This document shows, in pieces, positions 63,954-64,000 of a stretch of DNA of 64,000 nt. Each line of letters starts with the position of its first letter. Within the stretch, counting starts at the first letter, position 1. The translations under genes and the position numbers were made by a program. The notes below the pieces were generated by a model that did no database searches, was not told where the DNA came from, and saw only the letters and a program-made list of their open reading frames with translations. Origin of the DNA: a virus; IMG/VR virus record IMGVR_UViG_3300036770_003984, positions 1-64,000 of that record; one strand, written 5' to 3'.

Positions 63954-64000
63954 AATTCTTTTTTGCTTTTATTTTTACGTGAATATTGTTTTGAACTTTT
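63944..64000 (-). CDS. 3' fragment of an upstream small gene
   Basis: ...KSSKQYSRKNKSKKELWY* overlapping the HD gene start. Confidence 0.4.
   Translation of the reverse strand, partial: KSSKQYSRKNKSKKELWY

Overview
This is a very AT-rich segment of a large T4-like (jumbo/mega) phage genome read in the standard genetic code, since TAA, TAG and TGA all end genes. The host is most likely a Bacteroidota member: five signal peptides are followed by Gln, and the window has T9SS C-terminal sorting domains, DUF4494, a bS21 gene and TTTG-N19/20-TAnnTTTG promoters. Layout: structural or hypothetical late genes (1-4.4 kb); a T9SS-cargo gene (4.6-6.0 kb); a free-standing homing endonuclease followed by a 14-kb glycosyltransferase/methyltransferase/nucleotide-metabolism cluster (6.1-21.2 kb); a gp55-like sigma factor and baseplate/spike genes (21-28 kb); an envelope island with a C25 gingipain/PorU-like T9SS protease, two SPOR-like paralogs and an OmpA-like protein (28-33 kb); the head module with major capsid, scaffold, prohead protease, portal and terminase plus rpsU (33-51 kb); a proteostasis block of UVR protein, ClpC, M28 peptidase and tmRNA (52-57 kb); then membrane/lysis-like and anti-stress genes (57-64 kb). 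The two most striking signals are (1) an in-frame GGC-TGA-GGT inside a GC-rich structured stretch at the 5' end of the glycosyltransferase gene, directly behind a homing endonuclease, which resembles the T4 mobA/gene 60 ribosomal-bypass cassette, and (2) phage-encoded type IX secretion cargo, including an apparently active C25 protease. All family assignments come from motif recognition by eye; no database searches were run.
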